Part shown: positions 38,606 through 49,654 of the stretch, piece by piece
Layout of the letters: every line of letters starts with the position of its first letter
Numbering within the stretch: the first letter of the stretch is position 1
Source: an uncultured Prochlorococcus sp.
GTDB taxonomy: Bacteria; Cyanobacteriota; Cyanobacteriia; PCC-6307; Cyanobiaceae
Assembly (NCBI GenBank): GCA_902527105.1
Contig: CABZNT010000002.1
Coordinates: 96,706 to 160,705 of the forward strand
DNA: 64,000 nucleotides
Direction of reading: 5' to 3'
Position numbers and translations under genes: made by a program
The notes under the pieces: generated by a model
The model's database searches: none
Seen by the model: the letters and a program-made list of their open reading frames with translations, nothing else
Told to the model about the DNA's origin: nothing

Positions 38606-39961
38606 ATATTCATGCCTGCCTTGAGTTCTACTATGACGGAGGGCAAGATTGTGGAATGGTTGAAAAATCCAGGAGATAAAGTTGAAAGAGGTGAATCTGT
38701 CTTGGTTGTTGAATCTGACAAGGCAGATATGGATGTTGAATCTTTTCAAGATGGGTATCTTGCAGCTGTTTTAATGCCTGCTGGCAGCACTGCACCAGTA
38801 GGAGAGACTATCGGTCTTATTGTAGAAAATGAGGATGAGATAGCTTCTGTTCAAGAACAAAATAAAGGAAAACAACCCGAAGTTTCTAGTTCGGATCAAC
38901 TTGAATTGGTAAGCAATAAAACGGAAGAAAAACCTGTGATTCAAAGTGAAATTGTTGAAAAACAAGAAAAAGAAGTTGTATTAATGAGTGAAAAGGCAGC
39001 CTCATCTTTTAATAGTGATCAAACAAATGCTGCTACGAGTAATGTTTCTTCGAGGGTGATTGCATCTCCAAGAGCTAAAAAACTTGCCTCTCAAATGGGC
39101 GTTGATTTAGCAAAGGTTCATGGATCCGGACCTCACGGAAGGATTCAAGCCGATGATATTTTAAAAGCTAATGGTCAACCAGTCTCTATACCATGGATAG
39201 GTGAAGGTGGTTCTCCTGCAAGTATACTTGGTGCAAATTTGGGAGTTGAAAGTAAACCAGAAACTTCAGGAAATAGTTTTGGTAATCCCGGAGAAACAGT
39301 TCAATTTAATACTCTTCAGAAAGCGGTAAATAAAAATATGGAATCTAGTTTAGATGTGCCATGTTTTAGGGTGGGTTATTCCATTAACACAGATAAATTA
39401 GATAATTTCTATAAAAAAGTAAAACAGAACGGAGTTACTATGACTGCTTTACTAGTAAAGGCAGTTGCAAAGACACTTAAGAAACATCCTCAAGTTAACT
39501 CAAGTTTTTCAGAGAATGGAATTTCTTATCCAGAAAATATAAATATTGCTGTTGCTGTTGCGATGGAAGATGGTGGACTAATAACTCCAGTTTTAAAAGA
39601 ACCATGCAATACTGATTTATTTGAATTGTCTAGGGAATGGAAAGATCTCGTAAAAAGATCAAGATCAAAACAATTAGAACCTGATGAATACTCAACGGGA
39701 ACCTTCACTTTATCTAACCTTGGGATGTTTGGAGTTGATAGATTTGACGCAATTCTTCCTCCAGGTACCGGCGCTATTTTAGCCATAGCATCATCGAAAC
39801 CAACCGTTGTTGCTAATAGTGATGGTTCAATATCTGTTAAAAAAATAATGCAAGTAAATCTAACAGCTGATCATAGAGTGATCTATGGAGCTGATGGAGC
39901 TTCATTCTTAAAAGACTTGGCTTCCCTAATTGAAGATGAGCCAGAGACTCTTGTCTCCTAA
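38594..39961 (+). CDS. pdhC: pyruvate dehydrogenase E2, dihydrolipoamide acetyltransferase
   Basis: lipoyl VESDKADMDVE, ASPRAKKLA, DHRVIYG. Confidence 0.97.
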   Translation: MSHEIFMPALSSTMTEGKIVEWLKNPGDKVERGESVLVVESDKADMDVESFQDGYLAAVLMPAGSTAPVGETIGLIVENEDEIASVQEQNKGKQPEVSSSDQLELVSNKTEEKPVIQSEIVEKQEKEVVLMSEKAASSFNSDQTNAATSNVSSRVIASPRAKKLASQMGVDLAKVHGSGPHGRIQADDILKANGQPVSIPWIGEGGSPASILGANLGVESKPETSGNSFGNPGETVQFNTLQKAVNKNMESSLDVPCFRVGYSINTDKLDNFYKKVKQNGVTMTALLVKAVAKTLKKHPQVNSSFSENGISYPENINIAVAVAMEDGGLITPVLKEPCNTDLFELSREWKDLVKRSRSKQLEPDEYSTGTFTLSNLGMFGVDRFDAILPPGTGAILAIASSKPTVVANSDGSISVKKIMQVNLTADHRVIYGADGASFLKDLASLIEDEPETLVS

Positions 39962-39967
39962 ATTTAA

Positions 39968-41092
39968 TTGATTTCTCAAATTAATAATGAAGAAAGAGAT
40001 TATAAGCTTGAAGCTTATGATTATTTACTTGATCCTTCATTAATTGCTAGTAAACCTTCTGCAATTAGGCATGAATCAAGATTGATGATAGTTAGAAATA
40101 GTTTTTTAGAAGAAGACTGTTTAACTAATAAATTTACTAAGAATCTTTTAGATGAATTTAGAGAAGGGGATCTTGTAATTGTAAATAATACTAAAGTTAT
40201 GAAAGCTAGGTTAAAGGCTGAATTAGAAAATAAGACATTAGTCGAATTATTAGTTTTAGAAAGATCCCATGAATGTGTTTGGTTATGTTTGGCAAAGCCA
40301 GCAAAAAAGTTAAAAATAAATAAAAAATTAAAATTAAAATCTCCATTAGCACAAGATATTAATTTGATTGTTGATGGAGTTGATGAAGAAACTGGAGGGA
40401 GATTTATTAAATTTCCGGAAAATATAACTTGTCTCAATTCAATGAATGAACTTCTTGATAAATACGGGGAAATCCCTCTTCCTCCTTATATAAAAAATTC
40501 CGAAGAAGAATCTTTTCATGAGAAAAGTTATCAAACTGAGTATGCAACAAATCCGGGGGCAGTTGCTGCACCAACAGCTGGTTTACACTTAAGCAAAAGT
40601 CTTATTTCCAATCTAAAAAAAAAAGGCGTAATAATCTTACCGATAACTTTGCACGTGGGTTATGGAACATTCAAACCAATTGATCAAGAAGATTTAAGTA
40701 ACTTAAAACTTCACAAAGAATGGGTAAGTGTTAATAAGGAAGTAGTGGAGGAAATAAAAAGAATAAAGAAAACAGATAGAAAAATAATTGCTATTGGTAC
40801 AACTAGCGTAAGAGCTCTTGAAAGTTGTTATTCTCACGAAATTAATGACTTTATTCCCATTGCTAAATACGTAGATTTGGTAATTAAGCCAGGTTATAAA
40901 TTTAAGGTTGTTGATGGATTATTAACTAACTTTCATCTCCCTAAAAGTTCATTATTACTTTTAGTAAGTGCAATGATTGGTAGAGAAAGATTATTAGAAT
41001 TGTATAAGAAAGCCATAAAAGAAAAATTTAGATTCTTCTCTTATGGCGATGCTATGTATATTTCACCAGATTCACTACTGGAGAAAAAATAG
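39968..41092 (+). CDS. queA: SAM:tRNA ribosyltransferase-isomerase
   Basis: PLPPYI, AAPTAGLH, TNFHLPKS, FFSYGD. Confidence 0.97.
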   Translation: MISQINNEERDYKLEAYDYLLDPSLIASKPSAIRHESRLMIVRNSFLEEDCLTNKFTKNLLDEFREGDLVIVNNTKVMKARLKAELENKTLVELLVLERSHECVWLCLAKPAKKLKINKKLKLKSPLAQDINLIVDGVDEETGGRFIKFPENITCLNSMNELLDKYGEIPLPPYIKNSEEESFHEKSYQTEYATNPGAVAAPTAGLHLSKSLISNLKKKGVIILPITLHVGYGTFKPIDQEDLSNLKLHKEWVSVNKEVVEEIKRIKKTDRKIIAIGTTSVRALESCYSHEINDFIPIAKYVDLVIKPGYKFKVVDGLLTNFHLPKSSLLLLVSAMIGRERLLELYKKAIKEKFRFFSYGDAMYISPDSLLEKK

Positions 41093-41094
41093 AT

Positions 41095-42081
41095 TTAGGC
41101 TTTGACTGGTTCTTGAATGATTCCGCTTGGAACTTCAGTAAACATAATTGATGATAAGTACCTCTCTGCTAAATCAGGTAGAACAACTACAATTGTCTTC
41201 CCAGCATATTCATCTTGTTCAGCTAATCTAACAGCAGCAGCAGCGGCAGCCCCACAAGATATTCCTACTAATAGACCTTCCTCTTTAGCTAACCTAAGAG
41301 CCATCTCAATTGATTCGTCATTTGTTACTTGTTCGACCTTATCAACAATTGATAAGTCAAGGTTCTTAGGAATAAATCCTGCTCCAATTCCTTGGATTTT
41401 ATGTGGTCCGGATTTAACCTCTTCTCCATTCATTGTCTGTGTAATAACAGGACTGTGTGATGGTTCTACAGCTACAGAGGTAATATTCTTGCCCTTCTCT
41501 TGCTTAATGTATCTTGAAACTCCTGTAATTGTGCCGCCAGTTCCAACCCCTGCAACTAGGACATCAATTTCGCCATCGCAATCATCCCAGATTTCTGGTC
41601 CAGTAGTTTTGAAATGAATTTCAGGGTTTGCTGGATTATCAAATTGACCTGGCATGAAATATTGAGAAGGATTACTTTCTGCAATTTCTTTAGCCTTAGC
41701 TATTGCTCCAGGCATACCTTTAGATGCCTCTGTTAAAACAATTTCAGCACCCAACACTGCCATAACCCTTCTTCTTTCAATTGACATGGATTCTGGCATT
41801 GTAAGGATCAGTTTATAACCTCTTGCTGAAGCAGTAAAAGCTAGAGCAATTCCTGTATTTCCAGAAGTTGGCTCAACAATAGTTTTGTCTTTTGTAAGTT
41901 TCCCACTTTTCTCGGCATCCCAGATCATGTTTGCGCCGATCCTACATTTGACACTATAAGCGGGGTTTCTCCCTTCAATTTTTGCAAGTACTGTAGCTTT
42001 CGCGTTTTTAGTAACTGATTTTAATTTTACTAATGGAGTGTTTCCAATAGCAAAACTGTTGTCCTCATAAATTTTTGCCAT
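41095..42081 (-). CDS. cysK: cysteine synthase A
   Basis: SVKCRIG, PTSGNTG, GTGGT. Confidence 0.96.
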   Translation of the reverse strand: MAKIYEDNSFAIGNTPLVKLKSVTKNAKATVLAKIEGRNPAYSVKCRIGANMIWDAEKSGKLTKDKTIVEPTSGNTGIALAFTASARGYKLILTMPESMSIERRRVMAVLGAEIVLTEASKGMPGAIAKAKEIAESNPSQYFMPGQFDNPANPEIHFKTTGPEIWDDCDGEIDVLVAGVGTGGTITGVSRYIKQEKGKNITSVAVEPSHSPVITQTMNGEEVKSGPHKIQGIGAGFIPKNLDLSIVDKVEQVTNDESIEMALRLAKEEGLLVGISCGAAAAAAVRLAEQDEYAGKTIVVVLPDLAERYLSSIMFTEVPSGIIQEPVKA

Positions 42082-42165
42082 TTATATATTGAGAAAATAT
42101 ATATTAATACTAACTATTATTCAGAAAAAGAGTATATAAGTTTCTATACGGTAAATACTAGGAAT

Positions 42166-43635
42166 TTAGAAATTATTTAGTGCTTCAGAAAAGGTTTTCC
42201 ATAATTGATCTTGGTCTTCTAATCCAACTGATACTCTAATAAGGTGCGAGGGGATACCAAAACTTTCAGCCCAATCCAACTCGTCATAATGAGCTAGTAA
42301 AACATAAGGACAAACTAGAGTAAATTTTGTACCTAAACTAGGTCCTTTAGATACTTTCAGAGCATCATAAAATTTTTTAGCTTTGTTCAATCCTCCATTC
42401 AATTCAAATGATAATAAGCAACCGTATCCCCCATCAGAAGTAAGTAAAGAATTAAAATTTGGACAATTTTCAGGATGGAAAATATTTTTAATCTCGCTAT
42501 GGGTTTCTAATCTTTTTTTTAATTCTAAACATGCTTTATTTTGTTCAAAAACTCTTTGATTTACATCTCTACTAACTTTCTCTAGATAGACTGTGTCTCC
42601 ATCAGAAAGTGTTGGAAGATTAATCTCGTTTAATGCATTTCTAAATTGATCAATCCATTTGCTTTTTGGATTTAGTATTAATGATCCGGCAAGAATATCA
42701 CCACTACCTGAAAAAATTTTTGTAAGTGAAGTAAAAACTATATCTGCATGTTCTAGAGAATTTATATTTAAATTTGAACCAATTGTATCGTCAACAATTA
42801 AGGGAATATTAAACTTTTTTGCTATTTTTGAAATTTTTTTAATGTTTACACATTTGAGCATTGGATTACTCGGTAGTTCAATAATTAATGCTGATGGATT
42901 TATGCTTTTGATTTCTAATTCAATATCTTCGGAATTTTCTTCTGTAATTAACTTGGCTCCATGAAAGATATTCATTGGTAATTTAAGTACATCTACATAT
43001 GGAAAACCAATTTGGAGTGTTGGTTTAGCTGGAAATAATTTATATATGATTTCTAATGATGTATGCAATGCAGACATTCCAGATGAAGTTAAGTAAATAT
43101 CATTAGAGTTTATTTTTGTAGATTTAGAAATTCTATTTTTTATTTTTTGAGAACATTCATTCACGTAAGATTTTGGAGGGCAATCTTCAAGACCTAGTTC
43201 TATAGCAGCAGCTCTTGAAGATAGACCAAGACCAGTATGTTGCCAAAAATATTTTGCATAAATACTTCCTTCTTTTTCAGTAATTAAGAAAGCTAAATTA
43301 TCTCTTTTTTCTATTAACGAGAATTGTTCAGAAGTATTTCTATCAATGTATTTTTTAGCTTTAAAAGCTACGATTTCATTCGGATATGGCCAGATACTTT
43401 TATTGTTGTAGTAATTTTGCTTTTTTACTTTTTCGCATAATCTTTTCACTATGGGGTTTAGCCCGAATCGTGGGTAAATGGACTTCAATAAATTCATGCA
43501 TTCTTGATCTTTTTCCTCGTAATTTATTACATCATTCCAAGTTGGTAATGCTACAGAAACGGCATGAATACTATCAGGAATTGCATATCCCAACTCTAAA
43601 TTTTTCCATATAGGTTTTTTAAGTAAATCTCTCAA
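42166..43635 (-). CDS. cystathionine gamma-synthase-like PLP enzyme
   Basis: YPRF, SLTKIFSG, KGPSLG, RVSVGLE. Confidence 0.85.
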   Translation of the reverse strand: MRDLLKKPIWKNLELGYAIPDSIHAVSVALPTWNDVINYEEKDQECMNLLKSIYPRFGLNPIVKRLCEKVKKQNYYNNKSIWPYPNEIVAFKAKKYIDRNTSEQFSLIEKRDNLAFLITEKEGSIYAKYFWQHTGLGLSSRAAAIELGLEDCPPKSYVNECSQKIKNRISKSTKINSNDIYLTSSGMSALHTSLEIIYKLFPAKPTLQIGFPYVDVLKLPMNIFHGAKLITEENSEDIELEIKSINPSALIIELPSNPMLKCVNIKKISKIAKKFNIPLIVDDTIGSNLNINSLEHADIVFTSLTKIFSGSGDILAGSLILNPKSKWIDQFRNALNEINLPTLSDGDTVYLEKVSRDVNQRVFEQNKACLELKKRLETHSEIKNIFHPENCPNFNSLLTSDGGYGCLLSFELNGGLNKAKKFYDALKVSKGPSLGTKFTLVCPYVLLAHYDELDWAESFGIPSHLIRVSVGLEDQDQLWKTFSEALNNF

Positions 43636-43638
43636 TTT

Positions 43639-44802
43639 TCAGAATTTATTTAAAGCAAATAAAATGTCCCAGATTAAATCGTTTGTATCTTCACATCCAA
43701 TTGATAATCTGACAAGAGCATCATCTATCCCTAGCAAATTTTTTGTTTTGTCATCAACAGAGGCATGAGTCATCGTTGCAGGGTGACAAATTAAACTTTC
43801 AACTCCTCCAAGGCTTTCTGCTAGAGAGAAATATTTGAGAGATTTGCAAAATTTAAAAGTATCCTCTTTATTTAAATTTAATTTTAGGGTGATCATTGAA
43901 CCTCCAGATTTCATTTGCGATTTTGCTAAATTAAATTGCGGATGTTCTTGATTAAAAGGGTAAATTACTTTACTAATTATTTTATGATTACCTAATTCTT
44001 CAGAAATAAATTCTGCACTTTTAATTTGTTGTTCGATTCTTAAAGGAAGAGTTTTTACTCCTCTCGTAATGAGCCAACTATCAAAAGGAGATGGTTGAAG
44101 CCCAAGAGCTTTTTGAGAGAAAAGCATCTTATTATTCCATTCCTCATTATTTGTCAGCACTGCTCCGCCAAGTGCGTCACTATGTCCATTAATGAATTTT
44201 GTGGTGCTTACAACCGATAGTGTTGCACCAAGGTCCAATGGTTTTTGAATAAGCGCTGTAGAAAAAGTGTTGTCTACAACTACTGGTATTTCGAGTTTAT
44301 TCGCTTCATCACAAATCGCCTTAATATCAAGTACCTTCAAAAGTGGATTAGTTGGACTTTCTAGCCATATTAAGGTTGGCTCGAAGTTTGAAATCTTTTT
44401 GATATTATTTTCGTTTGTAAAATCTGTGTATAAAACTTCTAGTCCAAATTTCTTGAAAACTTTTTCGAACATCCTCACTGTACAACCATAGAGATTTGAC
44501 TCGCAGAGTATCTTGTCACCTGATTTTAGTGTTGATGAAATTGCAGTTACAGCGCTAATTCCAGATCCAAAAACTGTACAGTATTTAGAATCTTCTATTG
44601 ATTTAAGGATGTTTTCTAGAATTCTAAAGTTTGGATTGCCTGATCTGGTGTAGTCGAAATTATCTTTATTTCCATGTTTGAAAGTAGATGTAGAAAAAAT
44701 AGGAGGCATAACGCATCCAGTTTCTTCTGCAAATGTTTCCCCATGGTGAATAGATAAGGTCTTAAAACCTGGCTTTTTTATATTATTTTTCTTATTTCCC
44801 AT
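43639..44802 (-). CDS. trans-sulfuration enzyme (cystathionine beta-lyase/gamma-synthase)
   Basis: YTRSGNP, ESPTNP, DNTF, STTKFINGHSD, AESLGGVES. Confidence 0.9.
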   Translation of the reverse strand: MGNKKNNIKKPGFKTLSIHHGETFAEETGCVMPPIFSTSTFKHGNKDNFDYTRSGNPNFRILENILKSIEDSKYCTVFGSGISAVTAISSTLKSGDKILCESNLYGCTVRMFEKVFKKFGLEVLYTDFTNENNIKKISNFEPTLIWLESPTNPLLKVLDIKAICDEANKLEIPVVVDNTFSTALIQKPLDLGATLSVVSTTKFINGHSDALGGAVLTNNEEWNNKMLFSQKALGLQPSPFDSWLITRGVKTLPLRIEQQIKSAEFISEELGNHKIISKVIYPFNQEHPQFNLAKSQMKSGGSMITLKLNLNKEDTFKFCKSLKYFSLAESLGGVESLICHPATMTHASVDDKTKNLLGIDDALVRLSIGCEDTNDLIWDILFALNKF

Positions 44803-44823
44803 TATTTTTAAAATAAGAATTAA

Positions 44824-44858
44824 ATTAAATCTCTCTTTTAAAAAATGAGAGATTTAAT
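44824..44858. terminator. inverted repeat downstream of rpsD
   Basis: ATTAAATCTCTC...GAGAGATTTAAT. Confidence 0.55.
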
Positions 44859-44877
44859 AATCCAAAGAAAAGTTGTA

Positions 44878-45486
44878 TTAAACTTTTCTTGAATAATATT
44901 CAACAACTAGTAGTTCGTTTATTTCAAGAGCCACCCACTCTCTATCGCATTTCCCATTTATTTTTCCCGTTAATTTAGGCTTGTCTAAATCAAGATGAGG
45001 CGGGACATTTGCTAAGCCAGGGAATTCTATATTACCTTCTGCAAGTTTTTTGCTTGCTTTGTTTTCTTTAATTCCGATTACATCGCCTGATTTGCATTGA
45101 TAACCAGCAATATCAAGAACCTTCCCATTAACGGTTACATGGCCATGATTTACTAATTGTCTTGAGCCTGGAATGGTTCCTCCAAAACCTAATCTAAAAC
45201 AAACATTATCAAGTCTGTTTTCTAAAAGTCTAAGTAGGTTAGTACCTGTAGATCCTTCTTGAGCTCTAGCTTTTTTTACATAACGTACTAGTTGTTTTTC
45301 AGAAACTCCATAATTAAACCTAAGTTTCTGCTTTTCTTCTAGACGAATTGCATATTCTGATCGCTTGCGACGGGCTTGGCCGTGCTGACCTGGAGGATTA
45401 GACTTCTTTGAAGCTTTCCTGGTGAGACCTGGTAGTTCTCCCAAGCGACGCGTAACCCTTAACCTAGGGCCGCGGTATCTTGACAT
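44878..45486 (-). CDS. rpsD: 30S ribosomal protein S4
   Basis: [19 protein letters not shown]. Confidence 0.98.
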   Translation of the reverse strand: MSRYRGPRLRVTRRLGELPGLTRKASKKSNPPGQHGQARRKRSEYAIRLEEKQKLRFNYGVSEKQLVRYVKKARAQEGSTGTNLLRLLENRLDNVCFRLGFGGTIPGSRQLVNHGHVTVNGKVLDIAGYQCKSGDVIGIKENKASKKLAEGNIEFPGLANVPPHLDLDKPKLTGKINGKCDREWVALEINELLVVEYYSRKV

Positions 45487-45581
45487 AATTTAAAATTAAA
45501 TAAAAAATTGCAATAAATTGGATAATTGATTAAATTCAATTAAACTAATTACTACTGGAATTATTATTTTACATCATTAAA

Positions 45582-45818
45582 GTGTTCAAAACTATTAATA
45601 AATCAATTACTTCTATACTTCTTTTTATGATTTCGTTTTATCAAAAGTGGTTTTCTCCTTTTTTTGGACCAAGATGCAGATTTATTCCAAGTTGCAGCTC
45701 TTATGGATATGAGGCAATTACTAGACATGGTCCTTGGAAGGGAGGGTGGTTAACTTTAAAAAGATTGAGCAGATGTCATCCTTTAACTCCCTGTGGATGT
45801 GACCCTGTGCCTGACTGA
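45582..45818 (+). CDS. yidD: membrane protein insertion efficiency factor
   Basis: [13 protein letters not shown]...G.DPVP. Confidence 0.93.
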   Translation: MFKTINKSITSILLFMISFYQKWFSPFFGPRCRFIPSCSSYGYEAITRHGPWKGGWLTLKRLSRCHPLTPCGCDPVPD

Positions 45819-45822
45819 ATGA

Positions 45823-46125
45823 ATGAAAATATTTATTTTTGTTAGGCGGGGATGTTGCCTTTGCGATTCATTAAAAAACAAACTGGCAAAAATAAATCTT
45901 AATGAGTTATTCCCTAATCTAGAAGAGCTTAAAGAAATTGATATTGATAGGGTCGATTTATATAAAGATAAATATAAAAAATATGATTATGAAGTACCTG
46001 TTATTGCTGTTGAAAGAATTAGGTCCGAGGAGATTATAGAATTGCCTCGCATTTCTCCAAGATTAAAAGATGATCAATTAAAGAATTGGTTTCAAAAAAA
46101 TATTAGTACCATTCTGGAGAAATAA
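45823..46125 (+). CDS. glutaredoxin-like protein (DUF836)
   Basis: GCCLCD, YEVPV. Confidence 0.8.
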   Translation: MKIFIFVRRGCCLCDSLKNKLAKINLNELFPNLEELKEIDIDRVDLYKDKYKKYDYEVPVIAVERIRSEEIIELPRISPRLKDDQLKNWFQKNISTILEK

Positions 46126-46133
46126 TTTTTTAT

Positions 46134-47669
46134 ATGAGATCTATAAAATTATTTAAACTTTTAGATTTGGTAGGAATTATTCCTTCATCAAATCTTATCG
46201 ATCAAGAAATCAATAATATTTCTTTTAACTCTAAAGAAGTACAAAAAGGAACTTTATTTTTAGGAATGCCTGGTTTAAATGTTGATGGAGGAAAATTTTG
46301 TATTGAGGCAATTGAGAATGGCGCGGAAGCTGCCATTATTGGGTCTGCTGCAAAAGAGAAAATTGGATCTATTGATCGAGAAAGGATTTTGGTTATTGAG
46401 GATAATTTAGATTATATTTTTGGCCAAATTGTCGCTGAGTTTTGGAATAGGCCTTCAAGAAAAATTAAACTTATTGGTGTTACTGGTACAAATGGAAAAA
46501 CGACAATTACTTTCTTATTGGAATATCTTTTAAAAAAATTAGGGAAAAAGACTGCATTATTTGGGACCTTGTTTAATAGATGGCCTGGCTTCTCAGAAGT
46601 GGCTTCTCATACAACTGATTTCGCCGATAAACTTCAAAAGAAATTAAATGCTGCTGTTGAGGCAGAATCTGAATTCGCGATATTAGAGGTAAGTTCTCAT
46701 TCTATTGCTCAAAAGAGGATATCAGGATGCGAATTTGAGGCGGCTATTTTTACTAATTTAACTCAAGATCATCTTGATTATCACTCAGATATGGAATCTT
46801 ATTTTCAAACAAAAAGAAAATTGTTTTTCCCACCTTATTTAATAGAAAAGGATGGAATTTCTGTATTAAATCACGATGACCCTTGGATATCTAAATTATC
46901 GTCTGATCTTGATAAAAGATCTTCATTAGTGTCTACAAAGGTTACTGAAAGTGAATTTAAAAATCATGATTTTTTTTTCGTAACAGATAAAAAATTTACT
47001 GAAAATGGCTCAACCTGCATTTTTCATACACCCAAGGAAAAAATTCAACTTTTTGTTCCACTTGTTGGAGAATTTAATTTAATGAATGCGATTCAAGCAA
47101 TAACAATTTTGTATAAACTTAATTTTTCTTTAAAAGATCTATCAAATTCAATACGATCTTTCCCTGGCGCTCCTGGGCGAATGGAGAAAATAGAAATTAA
47201 TAATGATGACGTTTCAAGATCACTTCCAACAGTAATTGTTGATTATGCCCACACGCCTGATGGATTGAAAAAAGTTTTGCAATCAATTAAAAAACTTTGT
47301 AAGGGAAAACTCATTACTGTTTTTGGCTGTGGAGGAGATCGAGATCTTGGTAAAAGGCCTTTAATGGGATCAATAGCTGAAGAGTTTTCTGATCAACTTT
47401 TTATAACTTCAGATAATCCAAGATCAGAAGAACCCCAAAAGATAGTAAATGATATTTTGATGGGTATAAAAAAAAGAGAAAAAATAACAATTGAGATTGA
47501 TAGATTTAAAGCAATAAATAAATCTATTAAATTTGCCAATAAAGAAGATATTGTTTTAATTGCAGGAAAAGGACATGAAGACTACCAAATTCTCAATGAT
47601 AAAGTTATTAATTTTGATGATAGAAAAATAGCTTATGAATTATTAAAAGAAAAAAGAAAATCTCAATAA
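46134..47669 (+). CDS. murE: UDP-MurNAc-tripeptide ligase
   Basis: GVTGTNGKTT, DHLDYH, DYAHTPD, DNPR, AGKGHE. Confidence 0.96.
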   Translation: MRSIKLFKLLDLVGIIPSSNLIDQEINNISFNSKEVQKGTLFLGMPGLNVDGGKFCIEAIENGAEAAIIGSAAKEKIGSIDRERILVIEDNLDYIFGQIVAEFWNRPSRKIKLIGVTGTNGKTTITFLLEYLLKKLGKKTALFGTLFNRWPGFSEVASHTTDFADKLQKKLNAAVEAESEFAILEVSSHSIAQKRISGCEFEAAIFTNLTQDHLDYHSDMESYFQTKRKLFFPPYLIEKDGISVLNHDDPWISKLSSDLDKRSSLVSTKVTESEFKNHDFFFVTDKKFTENGSTCIFHTPKEKIQLFVPLVGEFNLMNAIQAITILYKLNFSLKDLSNSIRSFPGAPGRMEKIEINNDDVSRSLPTVIVDYAHTPDGLKKVLQSIKKLCKGKLITVFGCGGDRDLGKRPLMGSIAEEFSDQLFITSDNPRSEEPQKIVNDILMGIKKREKITIEIDRFKAINKSIKFANKEDIVLIAGKGHEDYQILNDKVINFDDRKIAYELLKEKRKSQ

Positions 47670-47749
47670 ATTTCCTAATCAAATAAGAAAGATCTTTACG
47701 CAAATCACAAGAAAAGTTTCTTAGAATTGATTGAGTTATTTTTAATAAA

Positions 47750-48454
47750 ATGAAAGGCTTAGCCTTAGTTGTAGGCGCAGGTGGAATTGGAACCCAAATA
47801 GCTAAAGATCTGAGTGAAATTGAAAAAGATTTAGAAGTTGTTTTGTGCGGAAGAAAAAGTGAATTTAATTCTTTTTGGGAATTAGATATAGAGGATTCTC
47901 AATCCCTTTTGCAGTTGAAAAATAAAATATCAAATCAGCCTTCAAAATTAAGGCTAGTTGTTAATGCTACAGGTAGACTTCATAGTGATTCTCTTCAACC
48001 AGAAAAAAGATTACAACATCTTGATAAAAAAAATATGATGGAAAGTTTTTCAATAAACGCCTTTTCTCCTATTTTATTAGCTAAAGCGATTGAAGAATTT
48101 ATACCAAAAGATTTGGATTTTAATTTTGCAAGTATAAGTGCAAGAGTTGGTAGCATTGGAGATAATCAAACTGGAGGTTGGTATTCATATAGAGCTGCAA
48201 AATCTGCGCAAAATCAGTTTTTTAAATCTTTAAGTATTGAATGGGCTAGACGTTTCCCAAAGGCTACTATCACATTGCTTCATCCAGGAACAGTAGATAC
48301 TGATTTATCTAGACCTTTTCATAAATTTGTTCCAGAACATAAATTATTTAGTAAAGAAAAATCCTCCCAATTTTTGATCAATATTATTAAAAATCAATCC
48401 CCGGAATCTACTGGAAAATTTATTGCTTGGGATAGCTCAGAAATACCCTGGTAA
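47750..48454 (+). CDS. short-chain dehydrogenase (CsgA/C-factor-like)
   Basis: GAGGIG, SARVGSI.DN..GGWYSYRAAK, HPGTVDT. Confidence 0.9.
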   Translation: MKGLALVVGAGGIGTQIAKDLSEIEKDLEVVLCGRKSEFNSFWELDIEDSQSLLQLKNKISNQPSKLRLVVNATGRLHSDSLQPEKRLQHLDKKNMMESFSINAFSPILLAKAIEEFIPKDLDFNFASISARVGSIGDNQTGGWYSYRAAKSAQNQFFKSLSIEWARRFPKATITLLHPGTVDTDLSRPFHKFVPEHKLFSKEKSSQFLINIIKNQSPESTGKFIAWDSSEIPW

Positions 48455-49618
48455 TTTTTTAATTTCTTCAGAAAGTAAATTAATCTCAGCTTCTGTAGTC
48501 ATTTGATGTACGCATGCTCTAAACCATTTTGGATCTTCTAAAACTCTAATCCAAATTTTCTTTTCTCCAAGTTTATTTACAAATTTATCCTTATCTTTAA
48601 TATTTTCGATATTAAAACTAACTATCCCATTTAAGTACTTTTTTTCTAAAACTAATTCAACACCCTTTAATTGATTTAATTCATCCCAAAGTTTCTCACT
48701 TAATCTTTTGATATTTTTGCTTTTTTCTTTTTCATGGCAGTCTTTATCCAAAAGATCTATAGAATTACGAAGCCCTGCAAGTAAAGGAATGCAAGATGTA
48801 GCTACTTCAAACTTCCTTGCATCATCATGAAAAAGATTATCTGAAGGCTCATAAATGCCTTGTTCTTTTTTTAATGATTTCCAACCAATTATTGTTGGAT
48901 CTGTTTCATGAATAAATCTATCTGAGACATAAATGGCTCCAAGTCCTTCTGGTCCACATGCCCATTTATGAGAAGTTATTGAATATAAATCAGAATAAAA
49001 AACTTCTTTTTCAATATTTATGTGCCCAAAGGTTTGAGCACCATCAACAAGTAAATAAGAATCTGCTCGATTATTTTTTAATTCGGTAGAAATTTGTTTT
49101 AAAGGAATTTTATATCCAAAATTCCATAAGATATGAGAAATAATTAGTATCTTAGTCTTACAATTTAGATTTTTTAAAATCTCTAAAATTATATTTTCGT
49201 CGTTTAGATTTTTAAGTTTTTGGATCGGCAAAATTTTGAATATTAATTTATTTCTTCTACAAAATTCTCGACTTGCAGCCACTACTCCAGGATGTTCACA
49301 GTCACTTATTAACAGCTCTTCTCCCTCTTCTACTTTTATTCCCCAAAAGGGCAAAATCATACCGGAAGAGATATTCTCGGTTAAAGCTACATTCTTTGAA
49401 TTTACACCTAATTTTTGTGCAATGATCCTTTTTGTGGTCAATATTTCTTTGTAAATAAAAGGCCACATATTATTAGTAAATGGTCCTAAATCTTGGATAA
49501 TTTCCCACGTTTTAACTATGGCTTCTAAAGAAGATTTTGGTAACGGTCCTTGACCTCCATAGTTGAAATAATACTTATTTTTTAATGCTGGTATTTGATC
49601 TCTTAGATTATTTCTCAT
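48437..49618 (-). CDS. class V PLP aminotransferase (cysteine/cystine lyase-like)
   Basis: YFNYGGQGP, DGAQ, HKWACGPEG. Confidence 0.88.
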   Translation of the reverse strand: MRNNLRDQIPALKNKYYFNYGGQGPLPKSSLEAIVKTWEIIQDLGPFTNNMWPFIYKEILTTKRIIAQKLGVNSKNVALTENISSGMILPFWGIKVEEGEELLISDCEHPGVVAASREFCRRNKLIFKILPIQKLKNLNDENIILEILKNLNCKTKILIISHILWNFGYKIPLKQISTELKNNRADSYLLVDGAQTFGHINIEKEVFYSDLYSITSHKWACGPEGLGAIYVSDRFIHETDPTIIGWKSLKKEQGIYEPSDNLFHDDARKFEVATSCIPLLAGLRNSIDLLDKDCHEKEKSKNIKRLSEKLWDELNQLKGVELVLEKKYLNGIVSFNIENIKDKDKFVNKLGEKKIWIRVLEDPKWFRACVHQMTTEAEINLLSEEIKKLPGYF

Positions 49619-49654
49619 GGAAATTTAAGTTATATTTTTAAACTCTTGAATTTT

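Noticed and set aside
38450-38749. 99-aa - strand ORF at the element boundary (possible excisionase?)
   Set aside because: Mostly antisense to the pdhC lipoyl domain and promoter; no HTH or Xis-like features.
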